Positions 50,900 to 64,000 of a DNA stretch of 64,000 bases are shown here, one piece after another. The notes beneath the pieces are model-generated. The model saw nothing but the letters and a program-made list of their open reading frames with translations. It was not told the DNA's origin and ran no database searches. The position numbers were made by a program, and so were the translations under genes. Positions within the stretch are counted from its first letter, which is position 1; each line of letters opens with the position of its first letter. The stretch covers positions 15,872,001 through 15,936,000 of the forward strand of contig CM114271.1 of assembly GCA_050084515.1 (NCBI GenBank). Reading direction: 5' to 3'. The DNA is from Blasia pusilla (taxonomy: Eukaryota).

Positions 50900-53800
50900 G
50901 TGATGAGAGATGGAGTTGGATTCTCCATCTACTCGCTTCTCTGGTTTTACACGCCCTCCTACAACCGTAACTGCTCCCCCTGGTTCACCTCCTCATCATA
51001 GATCTCGCTATTTTCCTCCAAATACTAATACACCCATTACACTCGCTACATTTCTTCCAGATTCTCCTCTTCTCCCCTCTTTGTCTTCTCCTATTGAGCC
51101 TAATCTTGATCCATTATTACAGAATCCTACTACTTTGCCATCCCCACATATCTCATCTGTGCCCTTGCTTCCAACTCTCATCTATTCTATCCTTATCTCC
51201 CCTATTCCTCCTCCTCCTTCCCCAACCTACTTACCCCCTCATCGTCGTCCATCACCACCTCTTGCATCCACCTCCTCTCCTTGTAACCCTCCTACTTCTG
51301 CATATGTACCAAAGATTCCTTGCATACCTTGTGGTAAGGATTTTGCTTCTAATGGGATCAAAAGACATTAGTGGTACTGTCGATCCATGCATGGGCCTTC
51401 AATCCCTAACCCGATACCACTTCCTACTGCACTTCCCACAACAACTCCTTGGACCTGGTCAAGCCAAATTGATCTCCTTCGCTCTTTCCATCCAGGTCTT
51501 CCTCGTCCTAGACTCTACACTCGCATTCCTATTGCTCTTCACCCCATCACCCAACAAGCTTTGCTTTTCTAATAAGAAAGGTCAGCGCGTAATCCCATAG
51601 ATATCAATGCTTGGTATCTCCTATTACTCTTCCCACAATGGGTTTTAGTCCTCCCTCCAAGGGGTGGTGCGACGGGTCATCGTGAAACCTCCACACGTAT
51701 TCAACGCTTTATGTCTAGGGATTAGAAGAATCTTCAGGATGAGCATGTACTCCCACTCAACATGCCAATCATGGGAGGCCTTCAATACAACAACGTCTTC
51801 AACAAAATCTACTTTTGGGGCAGGTTGGTGAGTTTTCACGTTTAGCTCGAGCATTGATTTCTCTCTCTCCGATCAGACGGTTCCAAGTGCGGAAACAATG
51901 GCTCTCTTAGAAGCTCTTCACCCTCCTTCAAGTGGCGATGCTCCACCTTTTATGGAAGACTATACAACGGACCTTAACTTGGAGGTTTTCACAAGGGCTT
52001 TTCTTCATACTCCTCCCTTATAAGCAAGCGGGCTATCAAGGATAGTTTTTGAACATCTCCATGATTGCCTTATCCCGGCAGATTCAGCAAGTGGCTTTGT
52101 CTCTCTATATAAGGTTTGTGCACATATTGCGGCAGGTTGTCTGCCATTCTCTATCTTAGGCTCTTAGGGGCTTGTCGTTTGTTAGCTATGGATAAGCCTC
52201 CTTCACATGTCCTCCCTTTGGCTATTGGAGAGGTTTTATACCGCTTGGTTAGTCGATCCCTATGCTTGCAATTTCGTCCTCACTTTAGTGCCCACTTATT
52301 TCCTCATCAATTTGGAGTGGCAACTCCTGTAGTTGTGAGATTGTGGTGCATGGGATTCGCTACACTCTTGATATTCATCCAGAATGGGTAGCAATTCAAG
52401 TAGATGTGGCTAGCACATTCAATTCAGTTTCTCATGCGGACATCTTTGAAGAATTATGTTGTGCAGGAGGACGACTTGCGAGTCTCATTCCATTTGTTTG
52501 CTCCTTCTATGCCTACGATACGCCCATTATCTATTCTCATCATGCTACTTCCGGGGAATATAGTATTCTACAAATGGCTTGTGGCACACCTCAAGGTGAT
52601 CCCATGGGTGGCTCATTGTTTGCCATTGTCCATTTTCGTGCCCTTTGAGCATCAGGGCAAGCATTTCCATCTTGTCGTTTGCCTTCTATTGCGGATAACA
52701 CTCACATTATAGATCCTACTTCTGAAGTGGTTCCTGCTTATACCCATTTCGTGGAGCCACTCTCTTTCTTAAACCTTAAAGTCCAACCTAGTAAATGTGG
52801 AGTATGGTCTCCTTCATGCCTTCCCTCAACATTCATCCCACCTATTCCTGATTTTCCCATCTACATTGAAGGGGTTAGGGTTCTTGGGGTCCCAATTGGC
52901 TTCATCGACTATGTCTCAAAGTTCTTGGATGAGGCCCAAGTGCAAGACATGGAATGGCTTCATGGGTTATCTCATCTAGGGGATCCCCAAGTGGCTTATG
53001 GGATTCTCTCCCAATGTTTTCTACGACGTCCTTCCTACCTTCTTCGCACTTGTCCTCCCACTTCAAGGTTCTTTAATCGGTTGGCCTCTTTTGACGCTTC
53101 TATCTTGGCAACTTTTGGTCAACTTCTTGGCCCGAATACATTTGAGGGAGAGTATGGTGTCTTGGCTTCTCGACAAGCTATCTTGCCTATTTCTTTTGGA
53201 GGGGTGGGACTTTCCTCCACTGTCACCTTTGCTCCCGCAATCTTTTTGGGGAGTTGGGCGTTGGTAGCATCAATTATGGCTTCAAGGTTTCTCCAAGGAG
53301 ATACACCTATTTTGATGGATCATGTCGTTCATGTAGAGGAGGGAGACTTGCTATTTCAACAACAACTAAGATCTGCACAAGCTCTTCTTCCTCTTGCTAC
53401 ACAAGAAATTCTACCCCTTTCCATCAATTCATTACGGAAGTGCTTGATCGACTTTAAGAGCATATCTCCGAGAATTTGCATCAAATCAGCTTTTCCAGCA
53501 TTCTCTATGAGGAATCCTCTACCGCTCATCGACCTCGTCTACGTTCATGTGCGGGTATCGGAGCGGGGGCGTGGCTTACTGTAAATCCTCTTATTCTTCC
53601 ATTTCGTCTTCCTCGAAATATATTCTCGACAGCTTTGCGGTTACGCCTTGGACTTCCCCATCCTTTTCTGTTAGGTGTGCCGAATTGTGTATCCAAGGAT
53701 CCCATTGATGTCATGGATATCCATATTCTCCGTTATCCACATGGTGGAGAACTAACGGCCACACATGATGTCAATAGAGAGGCGGTAGCATCGATGGCTC

Positions 53801-54380
53801 GTACTACGTGATACACCGTTGGGCAAGAGCAACTCCATGTCCTACCTTCAACCACACAAGCAACCTCTCGTCGGAGAGTGGATTTTATTATGTCTCGAGG
53901 TGGATTCCGGACACTAGGTGATGTGGTGGTTGCTGATCCAACACGTTCTGACTTGGTGTGTCAAGCCGCACATATCAAAGGTTCGGCGGCCGAAGCCGCA
54001 GCAAGAACCAAGGAGTTAAGTCATGCTATGAGACATGCGAATGATGGATTTATTCCTTTTGTAGTGGAAGTATTCGGTCATTTACATGTGTCTTTTGTTA
54101 CTAATTATTTTCGGAAATGCATCTCAGTGGCCTTACAACGTGCACAAGCCTTGGCATTGATACATGGTGCGGAGGTGGTGGAGGGTCGCTCGCCGCGTCA
54201 TCCATTCACGTCTGACCAACCACTCGTGTTCTTGTCGAATTTGTATCAGGCTATCAATTGTATAGCTCGTTGAGTTGGTGTTTGCGTTGGCTTGTTGCTA
54301 TTTTCTTTTTGCATTTTTTTACTCCTCTTTTGAGATGTTATTACCTTTCTTTGTCCTCTTTTGAAGTTTATTTTATAATA
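50900..54380 (+). mobile_element. CRE-clade-like non-LTR retrotransposon (zinc finger-RT-restriction-like endonuclease), pseudogenised
   Basis: CIPCGKDFASNGIKRH; PLAIGEVLYRL, HQFGV, DVASTFNSV, GTPQGDPMG, IADNT (degenerate YADD); AGAWL...LRLRLG; ATHD; RVDFIM...DVVVADP...K...FIPFVVEVFG. No AP endonuclease seen. Confidence 0.85.
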
Positions 54381-55503
54381 AAGTGGATATACCCTACTTG
54401 GGGGTTTCTTTAAGAAGACCTTCTTCGTTCGCAAATACCTTTATGTTTGACAGGTACCAATTGGAAAAAAGTTTGATCCCTCCCAATACACCAACAAAAA
54501 AATTTCAAACATTTTTTTTTTCCACAACTCTAACAAAAACTCTTCAAACACTTTCTTTTTTCTTTTTAGTGCATTGCATAAATGCACTAAAAAGAAAGTT
54601 AACTTAAAAAAACCATGATCCCCACCACACTAGTTCCTATTCTCCTAGTTCCTCTCGGGTCCATGTCTTACTTGGCGTCTAGCGGAGCGTATGTGGTCGG
54701 TAGCCGGCACAAGAAAGAGCCGAATCTTGACTGATATGTCAGTCTCGCAACATGTTGGACGCTCTGACCAACGATGCTACCTGCGATGGAATTTGGCACC
54801 GACCACGCTACCTGTGACCTTCGGCGGGTCTGAATGGACTGGTGATGGGGAGCAGGCAGAGCTGTGGGACGAGGAAATGTGAACATGCAAACGACCTCGT
54901 TGTGTGCGGCATCAGGTAAGATGAATGTGACTTGACGGTCTCGTCGGCTTTGGGACTTGCTGTGGGAGCCTCATGCGCTCAGGTTACCTTACGGTTCTAT
55001 GTAGTCAGAAGAAATCTGCCATGGAGTAAGCTTTAAAACACCCTGTTTGCGGTAGGAAGAGGGTAGAGTGAAAACATCTCGCAAAGCACTTTACTCGCAA
55101 GTCGTGCGCATCTTTCCGACAGGCACAAAACCGGCAAGGACTCGATAGCTTATGAACGGAGCATCTATACGAAACGAGGAACAGATAGGCTGGAGGCGCA
55201 GTGCAACATTTGCTGAAATATTATTATACATGGCTCTTTCTCCTATTTGGAACTTAGGTCCGCCATATTACGGGTCGTCGACCTAAGCAATCTAGAACTG
55301 GCGCTACTCTGTCATCAGAGATAATAATTCTGATACGGGACAAGACAAATCATCAATCGTGAGTTGACAGTACATCTGTCATCAAAATCTGCCGTTCTAC
55401 AATTATGTTCCAACGAATCATACAGCTTGCGGCAGTCGTATGTTGTAAATGAACTTGTATAGTGAACTCCTACGGTTCCAGAGCTACCCTTGTACAATGT
55501 AAG

Positions 55504-58258
55504 CTACTTTTCCAAGTGGATGCTGGAATACTCCATTTTTGACAACTTGCTCTTCCGGACTTCATTCCAGGAACTCACAGCCTTCTCAAGACCTTCCGTC
55601 GTGATTAGTCTAACTGCTTGGAGTCCTCGGGTTAAGGCGAAATCCAGCTGCAAAGTTGACGTGGGTCGGTGCAAACCACCATTTCAGTGTCCACTGGAAG
55701 AGTTCAAATCATCTAAACATGAAATCTGAAAGAAAATCCACAAGGGTAGGAACTCGAAACAGCAAAAGAGATACCTCCTGCCTCTCACTGGAACTGAACT
55801 TCTGAAGCACGAAGGCCTGAGGGTCCATCGAACCGGGAGGCCTCCCTATACCTGAACACCAAAAAGAAAGCAACTTAAAACTAGCATGGTCTTCCTTCCC
55901 AATGATACACAAGAATTCCACCGTTACCAAGTCAGGTTTCCCTCAGTGCAATTTCAATACACTGCAGCGAAAGGTTTACTCAGCCATCCACGTTCAAGGA
56001 CAATCGATTGCCCTACGGGTTCTTTCCAAACTAAACATTTCGCAGTGGATATCTTTGACATCGTGCGGTTGCTGGATGATGGCACTGACCAATGCGGAGA
56101 CGGGCAATGTTGCGTGAATTAAACTGTTGAAGTATATTCCTCATTCTGACATCATCACAAAAACAAAAGGGCATCAGACTAACAAGCTTCTTGCCACAAG
56201 CATCTCCTGTCAATCAACAAGGATACTCATCGGAGCCTACAAATCTTGCCGAGAAGAGCAACTAATGAAAGATGGAAAACTGAGAGTAGGCCAACAAACC
56301 CATTATGCCCTCCATGCCCTCCTTTGGGCAACAACTTCATAACGGCAAACTCCAAATCAAGATCATCAAAAATCTGCAGCAGGATCTAAAGCTGTTAATG
56401 GCCTCTTCTTCAGACTTGACAATGAATACTTGGAACTTGATGTAAAGACAGAGTAATGAATTTTTTCCGGGAGCAATGGGTGCTATTTCCTTATTAATGC
56501 ACGAGATGAGCAAGAAAAACTTCGAATGGACGCTCACTGGGATAAGGAAACATTACTGTAAGGACTCGTTCCGCTGGTATTTTATAATAGGAAGCCAGAG
56601 GCTTTACCTGCAACGCCAATTGCAAGCCAACAGAACATGAATTCCTTTCTATGCATACATAAGTGTCCAAATGGACGTGTATTTTACTAAATGTCCCGAC
56701 CATTGCCTGGTGGCAAACACTAGTTTCTTACGACCTTCGAAACCTAGACATCGCCTTGTATGGAACATGTTATCCACTACAAACCAATAAAAGCAGAACC
56801 AGAACTCACCGATTCACCACTCAAATTCATATACGTTTGTGGTTTTGCAAGTAGGACTGGTGTGCCTCCAATCTGCCCTGCACACAAGGGCTTGCAAGAA
56901 TTCACGAAAGTAGACAACCGTTGGTGAACATTGCACGCTGGCTGACAAACCAATCATTTCCAATGATCTTCGCGGAAAAGTGTAGCTAACAGCCAAAAGG
57001 ACCACCCAGATTCGTAATTAGGGGGCACAACCTTACCGTTTCTCCATCACAATCCACTATTCAACCAGGTGACACCTTTCTTGTTCTTAACTTCAACAGC
57101 CATGGAAATGGAGGTCTTTTGCCGGTTGGATGGATGCATATGCATTATCAGATGTTATGAACGATGAAGACAGCATCTGGTTTGAAGTCTACCTTTTCCC
57201 AATAACGCCTTGAACTGAATCGTAGACAGAGAAATCCCTTCTGCTTGGGCAATTGCGTCAATCATTTCAAAGCCCACCTGTCTACCCACAAAAACCCGTG
57301 AGTCAGTAACTATCCCAGAATCCATGACCCAATCCAAGAACAGAGTCAGCATCTTGTAGACCCCAGAAATTAATTTATCAATTGATTGAACATGGGAAGA
57401 GCTTGGCCTGCCCTGCAAATCCCACAGCCTTGTTTTGTTTCACTGTGTTCCACATCGTGTTCACCATGGACCACGGGGACAAATGGTATTCCAGAATCTC
57501 ACCCGCAGGCATGTGTTTGCATCGTAAGGCCTCACGGGGATCTTAAAACAGTAAACTCGAGATGATGCACGAAGAGAGGGATTGCCTGCCCTCTCTTCAA
57601 ACTCGTAAACATTCTTCACAGTTAGTGAAAGGAGAAACGAACGGAGCTTAGTGCTGAACTGAGTGTAGTTTCTACCCGACAACATGGGAGACAATACGCT
57701 CTGTGTGGGTTCATGTCCAGGGTTACTTCCTAACAAAATAGTGACGTTTAGAGATGTCACTCAACTAGCTCACGATGCAGTGGACCATAGTGACAGGGAT
57801 TCGCCGAGTGGGCATAAAAGAAGGGAAAATTCACTCTATGAGAGACTGGCGTACACGCATATATTCTAGAATGCACTAGGGGAATTTTGCAAATCAACTG
57901 ATAGCAGGAAATGTCCCCCCCCGCAACAGAAAGATCAGCAGAAACTTCTCAAAACCAGCGAAATTGGTTCCGAATTGATCAGTACATTGTGCCGAGTCCC
58001 TTGAAACTTGCTCCCGGGGTTTCCGAGGCCCACGAAAAGCCAGGGAGACGGACGCGATGGAGGACCGGGGGCAGCATCTACCGCAGAATCATTGGACGTC
58101 GAGACACACCGAGGCGACGACATTAAAGGAGCAGGAGGGGACACACGCAGCGGAGACTTTGGCACTCGCAAGAACCCGCACGGTCGCCGCACCATCGCTG
58201 CAGCTTGCTGGTGCGGAAATTGTGCACAAATTGCCAGCATTTGCATCTGCGCCCACAT
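55504..58258 (-). CDS. PTH: Peptidyl-tRNA hydrolase, organelle-targeted (Pth/CRS2 family), 8 exons, 275 aa
   Basis: Exons 58258-57986, 57277-57193, 56877-56810, 56607-56557, 56373-56300, 56145-56090, 55851-55775, 55647-55504. All introns GT-AG; total 828 nt in frame. Motifs LFVGLGNPG, TRHNVGF, LAKPQTYMNLSGES, IFDDLDL, GGHGGHNG, RLRIGIGRPP; N-terminal transit-peptide-like extension. Confidence 0.95.
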
Positions 58259-58859
58259 GCCTTTCTTCTTCTCTCCGCTCCCTTCCACACCTTTTGAGGT
58301 TCAACTTCCTTTACTCTTTCTTCTGATGCTCTTCTCTCTCTCCGCCTCTCCGTCCCTCTCTCCTTCCTTCCGGTTCTCATCTCATTTTTCGCTGGATTCC
58401 CCGGCACCCATCCATGCTCTCCTCTCCCTCCGTCCCTCCCGTTCTCATCTCATATCTTCTAGAATCCATCTGCTCACCCCACAATGTCGTTACGTCGTCC
58501 GTTTCACTCACATGCGGTCTACTCGGGCTTCTTCTAAAAAAAACTCGAACTTCATCTCAAAAGCATACTTTAAAGACATTCGAGCTTATTTTCAAAATTA
58601 TATTACTACGGGAGTGCTTTTTTTATTTGCTAACACCTACCTATGTTAGGCACGTGGTAATTTGGAGAAAAAAATTAATTCACATCATTAACCTCTTCCC
58701 TTTATGGGCTATGCACTAGTTGTCCAAATCCTTTTTTTTTCCTTACTAGTAAAATAAAATTAAAAATACTTTATGAGGTCTTACAATTGGTTCCATAGAT
58801 ATGGTATGACTTCTTAGTAGAAGTTATAAGAGCATGTCTTATTTAAGCATCATATTAAA

Positions 58860-60150
58860 AGAAAAGAGGAAAGGGTTATATCTTGTTTGTCTAACCCCAA
58901 ATAGGGAATTTCAAGAAGGATCCATTATTATTACATTCTTTGCCATGGGTTTTGGACTTGCATAAAACTTCCTTGCATAGTTGTCATGGGTATATTTGTC
59001 AATACATACATATTTGCCACCATCTAAACCGTTGTTTCTTGCATCCCTCCTCGAGCGTCTAGGCCTCATCGGTACCTTGGGTTTTCCCCAAGCATCTGGT
59101 TGCTCCCACAACCCCAAGTTCTTGGTCACCAAGGATTGGCTCTGATACCACATGTCGTGCGCTTACTCTCCTCGAACGTCAATCTCAATGTTGCCGAAGT
59201 GTACGTTCAGTAGGACACACTCTCATCGCCAAATTGCATCCAGAGGCTTTCACGTTAGTCCGGCTTTGGGTCAAGCGGCTTTCCAACCAGCCGAGTTCTC
59301 AACTCGGCATCTCATCAAGCTCAACCCTCCCTCTTTCTTAGGTTCCCAATACGGGCAAGTCTTCCGAGACTTGAGACAAACTTTCTGGTTAGTCCAAGCA
59401 CCTAAAACGACGTTTGTGCGCCTAGGAGTCCCAATTGTCCAACGAACCTCGCATGAGTTCCCAACCGAGACTCAAAAATATGAGTCGAGAATTGGAATCC
59501 AATAAGGACCTCCAAAATCCACTCTATTGGACTTGGCTCGGGTCTCAAATCCTAACACCAAACTCCCGATCCGTTCCATGCCATTGAGTCGCCCCAAAGT
59601 GGGGTTTGAGCCCCAAGCACTCTTGGAGACCTTCTCTCTTACTAGTACTTATGAGGATCTCCGGGGTCCCCCTAACTTTGGGAAAGAGCACCCGGGCCCC
59701 TCTTTTTGGCCCTCAATCCGACTCCTCTTACAATCGGTTTTTGGCCTATATCTCGGCTTCTAGGCAAGAGTTTGCCAAGATATTTAGTGCATTAGAACCA
59801 ACTTAGCATAAGCTTCCCAACGCTACTTTAGTTGTTCCAAACGCATCTTGGGACTAAAATTTATGGTCAAAAGAACAGTTGGAAAATCCCAAACGCTGCC
59901 CGCATCTCAAGTGCGGTTCTCACCCCTTGGCCGCGTCTTGCCCAAGACTTTACTCCTCTCAAGTCTGAGTTCGGAATTTGGTTCCAGTTTCTTGGTCGTG
60001 ACCATAAACGCATGAAACACTCAAAATGCTCGCCTTGCTCGCATCTCGCCCTTGTGTTTCTATAACTCCAAAGCACAAACCATGCTAGCGTGACCCCACT
60101 AGAGTTCGGATGTTCTACTTGGCGCTCGATTGGTTATGAGGGTCGCGACA
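58860..60150 (-). mobile_element. 5' LTR (59153-60150), tRNA-Met PBS (59136-59150) and short truncated internal region
   Basis: Minus strand TGTCGCGA...GCGCACGACA, 2-nt spacer, then TGGTATCAGAGCCAA, the classical iMet PBS. Confidence 0.9.
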
Positions 60151-61310
60151 CAATGCCTGAAACCCCCCAAAAAACTATGTACCCTGGTCTGTCAACACCT
60201 TAGCTAGTGCACCGTAATGACTCAACATTCGATCTAGGAAGGCATACGCTATTCCCTCACTCGCTTTGTCAGGAAATGCAACCAATTCTATCCACTTCGA
60301 GAAGTGCTCAACCATCACCAACATATAATGACTATGGCACTCCGTCAAAGGTAAAGGTCCCGCAAAATCCAAACTCCATCTATAACCTAAATCCATGATC
60401 GAAAGTGGATACAACTTTGGAGTCAAAGCATTGAATGATGGCCGGACCCGATCACAAACCATGCACTCGGCAACAAACTGATGAACGTCGGTCTGCATGC
60501 CTTACCACCAATACTATATCTGGAGCAAGATATACATCCCCTTCACTCCAAAATGACCGAACTCCTCATGGGCATGATGCACCAAACGCGCTCTTTGTGA
60601 AGGATGAGGCATTACACGTACTCTACCATCCTTCCAAACTCGCAATACATGTGTTCCGTCTCATTGGAACCGTCTGGCTCATTGTAGGATCCCATCCTGC
60701 TCTCTAGCACTCATTGTGCTTGCGACCCTGCCAGTACGTAGGTACTCCAACACTATCCCATCGTCAAGAATATCTCGGCCACCCGTTGTCTCCTTACTGA
60801 CCTCTAGATCTAAGGACTCTCCATCAGACTTCGCCATCGAGGTCTCAACAATCTGGCTCTCCATAGTCAACAAGCCCAAATAGGCTGACGTGTGCCATCT
60901 TGACACCAACTCCTCATCATTCTCACCATGCCAACAAGCTCCACTCGCATCTCGATGACTCGAGCATGGATTATGGCTCAAACCATGGTGCATCCTGGTT
61001 GAACGTCCCAGTTCTATGCACCACCTGGAAGTCATACTCCTGCAACAAAAGAGCCGACCTCGCAAGCTTTCCTATAAGCTTGTCGGACTCCATCAACCAC
61101 TTAAGTGGCTGATGATCATTAATGATGGTAAAGGGGTTACCGAATAGATAACACCTAAAATATGTGACAGCCCATACCACAGCCAAGCACTCACCCTCAT
61201 ACGAGCTATACTTTGCCTCTATAGCGTTGTTCGTGTGACTAGCGTAAGCCACCATGAACTCTCTACCATCATCGTCATGCTGGGTGAGCACAACTCCAAG
61301 CCACAACATG
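60151..61310 (-). pseudogene. RNase H-integrase fragment of the DNMT-Gypsy family
   Basis: Highly similar translation to 27654-28771 (VAYAS..., DHQPLKWLMESDKL, YRWSLDFAGPLPLTE). Confidence 0.9.
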
Positions 61311-61480
61311 CTCCAATCAATATGCCAAATTCAATCATGGAAATCGGGCACACATACAACCATATCCAACAAGTCTCCAATAACTCACATCACAAAGTTC
61401 TCGCCTATGTTAAACCAAACTCATTCTAGTTATGAGAGATGTATTGTTACTAACAAGGCAAGCGACATCATAGTTCCACG

Positions 61481-64000
61481 TGTCAAGACTGTGAGGATAG
61501 ATCTGTGGGATCTAGCATAGCGTCTGCATGGGTAGTGGAGAACAGGCCCAGGAGGTCGAGAATGACTTGTTGAGGCCCCAAGAAACCTGAGAGAGCATGT
61601 TTCCCCTTCGTTTCGGTTCATTTGGAGCCATATAGAGAAATTTACTATTTTTGGTATGTTTGCATGTTGGGGATGGTTGACTTTCTACTTTGGGAAGTGG
61701 CCCTCGACCCGCTATAGCAGGTCAAGAGCCAAGGAGGTGATCTGTGAGCATAGGTTACCGATGAGAGGGATTGGGAGAGGGAAAGGGGTATACCTCCAAG
61801 AGAGAGCTTGAGAGCTCACTCTCTTTGTTGAACCTCTTGGCATAAGGCCGCGGAGCTATGGTCATTAGTAACCCAAGCCTCTCATTAGGAGAGTGGGTTT
61901 GGTTTGACATGAGAGAGAGTGCACACCTTTGAGAGCTATGGTGTGAGATGGTGTAGAGAGAGATTGAATCTTACTTTACAAAGAGAGAATGAGAGAATGA
62001 GAGAGTGAGAGAGCTTCATGGAGGAGCTCGATGGTCACTCGTTGCTTTTGCAGGTTGGAGACCGTGTTCCCCATTCAGAGGCTCATGGGAGTGCTCACCG
62101 GAGCAAGGGCTGCTTTGATTGTTCTTTGCATTTGCCGATTTTTTGTGTGGAAGAGTGGCGCACGGAAGCGCTGCCCAATTTTTGATAGGGATTGATTATG
62201 GGGACGGATTGCCCCATGCCGGCACTCTCGGGAGCACCATGTAGCCTACTGATTTGTATTTTTATAAGTTTTGCATTTTTTTTGGGAGAAATCAGTGCGG
62301 AAGCGATGCCGACTTTTGTGTAGGAGAAAGAGACATTGGGCTTTATGACAGTCCCCGTCAACATTTACTGGAATGTCCAATTCTAAATATTTTTTGACGT
62401 TGTCATACATCGTAAAGTTGTGCACGTTGTGCAATAAACACTGCGCAATTTGAAGTTGCGAGAGAATGGTTATGGTCAATCTTGCAAAAATTCCATTGCT
62501 AGGCGATTTTTAGGGTTAAATTGTTCAAACCCTAAACCAGCCACCAAGCCGGCGGCGGCCATCGCCGTCATAGTCACCATCAACGGTCCGCCGTCGAGAG
62601 TCAACCATCACCATCAACGGTCAACCGTAATCGTAACCGGTCGGCCGTCACCATCAACGGTCAATCATCACCGTCAACGGTCCACCGTCCGTTGTCCACC
62701 CTTTGGTTCCCATTGTCGCCATTACGGAGTGGAGGGTCTTCCACAATATTTGTTGATTCTCTGAATTACGTCACCACCACATACTTTTTTTTGGCCGCCA
62801 CCATCATAAAAGTTTCGTCATCAACCAATGATAGCAGATGACCTTTAGTTATGGTGTTTGAGTTTTGATTTCATGCTGTTATGTTGTGATTGGTAGCCGC
62901 TCGACGACGATCGAGTACCGTGCCGTGACGCCAGTAGCCGCAACGCGCCGTGACGCCCGTAGCCGCAACGCGCCGCCGATTGTTGCGACGTGCCGCTTGT
63001 GGCCGCACTGCACCGTCTCGATCGCAAAACCGCTCCTTCACTAAGGAGAAAAGCGTGTGAATTGTTGATTGAGGAGGGTATGCTGCCGAGTGCTGCACCC
63101 CATTCCCGAGTGTCCTGCTCTTTGTAACCGTTCCATGCCGTCAGTGCCGCACCAGACCGCTCAACTTGCACCGCACATCGAGGAGGTTTAGCACCGTCAG
63201 TACGAGAGGAGTACGAATTACTGATTGGAGGAGTTGTCTTCACGACCGAGTTCGGGTCGAGATTTGCAGTTGATGAGGAGCGACATCGATATGTGTTCAG
63301 GTTACCCATTCTGGTCCTTTATCCTGCACGTATGAGGGATTCTCATATTTGGGTAGTTTATTTGGGGATATTGGGTTGTAGGGATGCTAAGAGCATCATT
63401 CATGTATGTCGTTTAGGGGACATAGACCTGTGTGGGATGTCCGGAGTTGAGGGTAGGTTATCGATGAGATGACAGCCAAGTCGATTTTCCCCACCACGCC
63501 GCGTGTTGCCGCATGTTATACGTCTCGGGGAGGGAGAGTGTAGATCGAGTGTCGCATGTTTGGGATGAGTGATTGAGGGATTACTCGCGAGGTTGAGAGT
63601 GATCAGGTGAGAGGGGCACGAGGATCATCACGGCGTCCGTTCGGGACTTTGAGAGGCGAGGTGGTGAACCCGAGAGTAACTCTAGAGGTTTTACGCGGAG
63701 TGGTGCGAGGTTCCGGGGGTCTCCACATGAGGGACCACCTCGACCTCCTTCTGTGTCATCATCAGACAAGGGGGAGGGTGTAGAGGAGTTTGTGATCACA
63801 TCGCCACACATTGTGAGTGGTCCTACCAGTTGGGCGTACGAGATGGACGACCGGGGTAGAAGACCGTGTAGGTTTTCAGGTGCAGTAGGCACGATTGAGT
63901 TGCTCGATTTCATAGCAGAGTTTAAGAGTTGGTGTGACTCCCAGCGGGCTAGGAACTCTAGAGAGTTCAACCCGTTTACAGCATGGAACGGTATGTTCCA
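61481..64000 (+). mobile_element. DNMT-Gypsy family copy: 5' repeat A, leader and start of gag; runs off the window
   Basis: Begins TGTCAAGAC; collinear with the reverse complement of 33310-35771. The DNMT domain itself lies outside the window. Confidence 0.88.

Noticed and set aside
54660-55500. Possible separate gene or ncRNA downstream of PTH
   Set aside because: Non-repetitive-looking sequence but no supportable ORF, splice chain or RNA fold; may be PTH 3' UTR or intergenic.
58008-58649. 213-aa plus-strand ORF
   Set aside because: Antisense shadow of PTH exon 1 and its CT-rich 5' region.

Overview
Eukaryotic, plant-like genomic DNA; the intron style and TE families suggest a non-seed plant such as a bryophyte, but that is inference. 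The window is almost entirely nested, decayed transposons around one intact host gene, an 8-exon organellar peptidyl-tRNA hydrolase (minus strand, 55504-58258). It contains: a CACTA element (~1-11951); a 21.5-kb hAT element bounded by TIRs and an 8-bp TSD (17066-38543) holding a ~180-bp tandem array and two nested retroelements; Helitron Rep/helicase remnants; CRE-clade non-LTR elements; and a ~1-kb LTR family with a tRNA-Met PBS. The main discovery is a multicopy Ty3/Gypsy-type family whose polyprotein reads gag(CCHC)-protease-DNMT3-like cytosine methyltransferase-RT-RNaseH-integrase-PHD finger. It has no recognisable PBS, and its termini look like split direct repeats (A...B-A-B) rather than ordinary LTRs. 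A 14.8-kb inversion (21185-35964) splits both the hAT transposase and one retroelement copy, and both junctions can be rejoined by eye. All TE coding regions here are pseudogenised. All alignments and translations were done by eye, so boundaries marked ~ are approximate.
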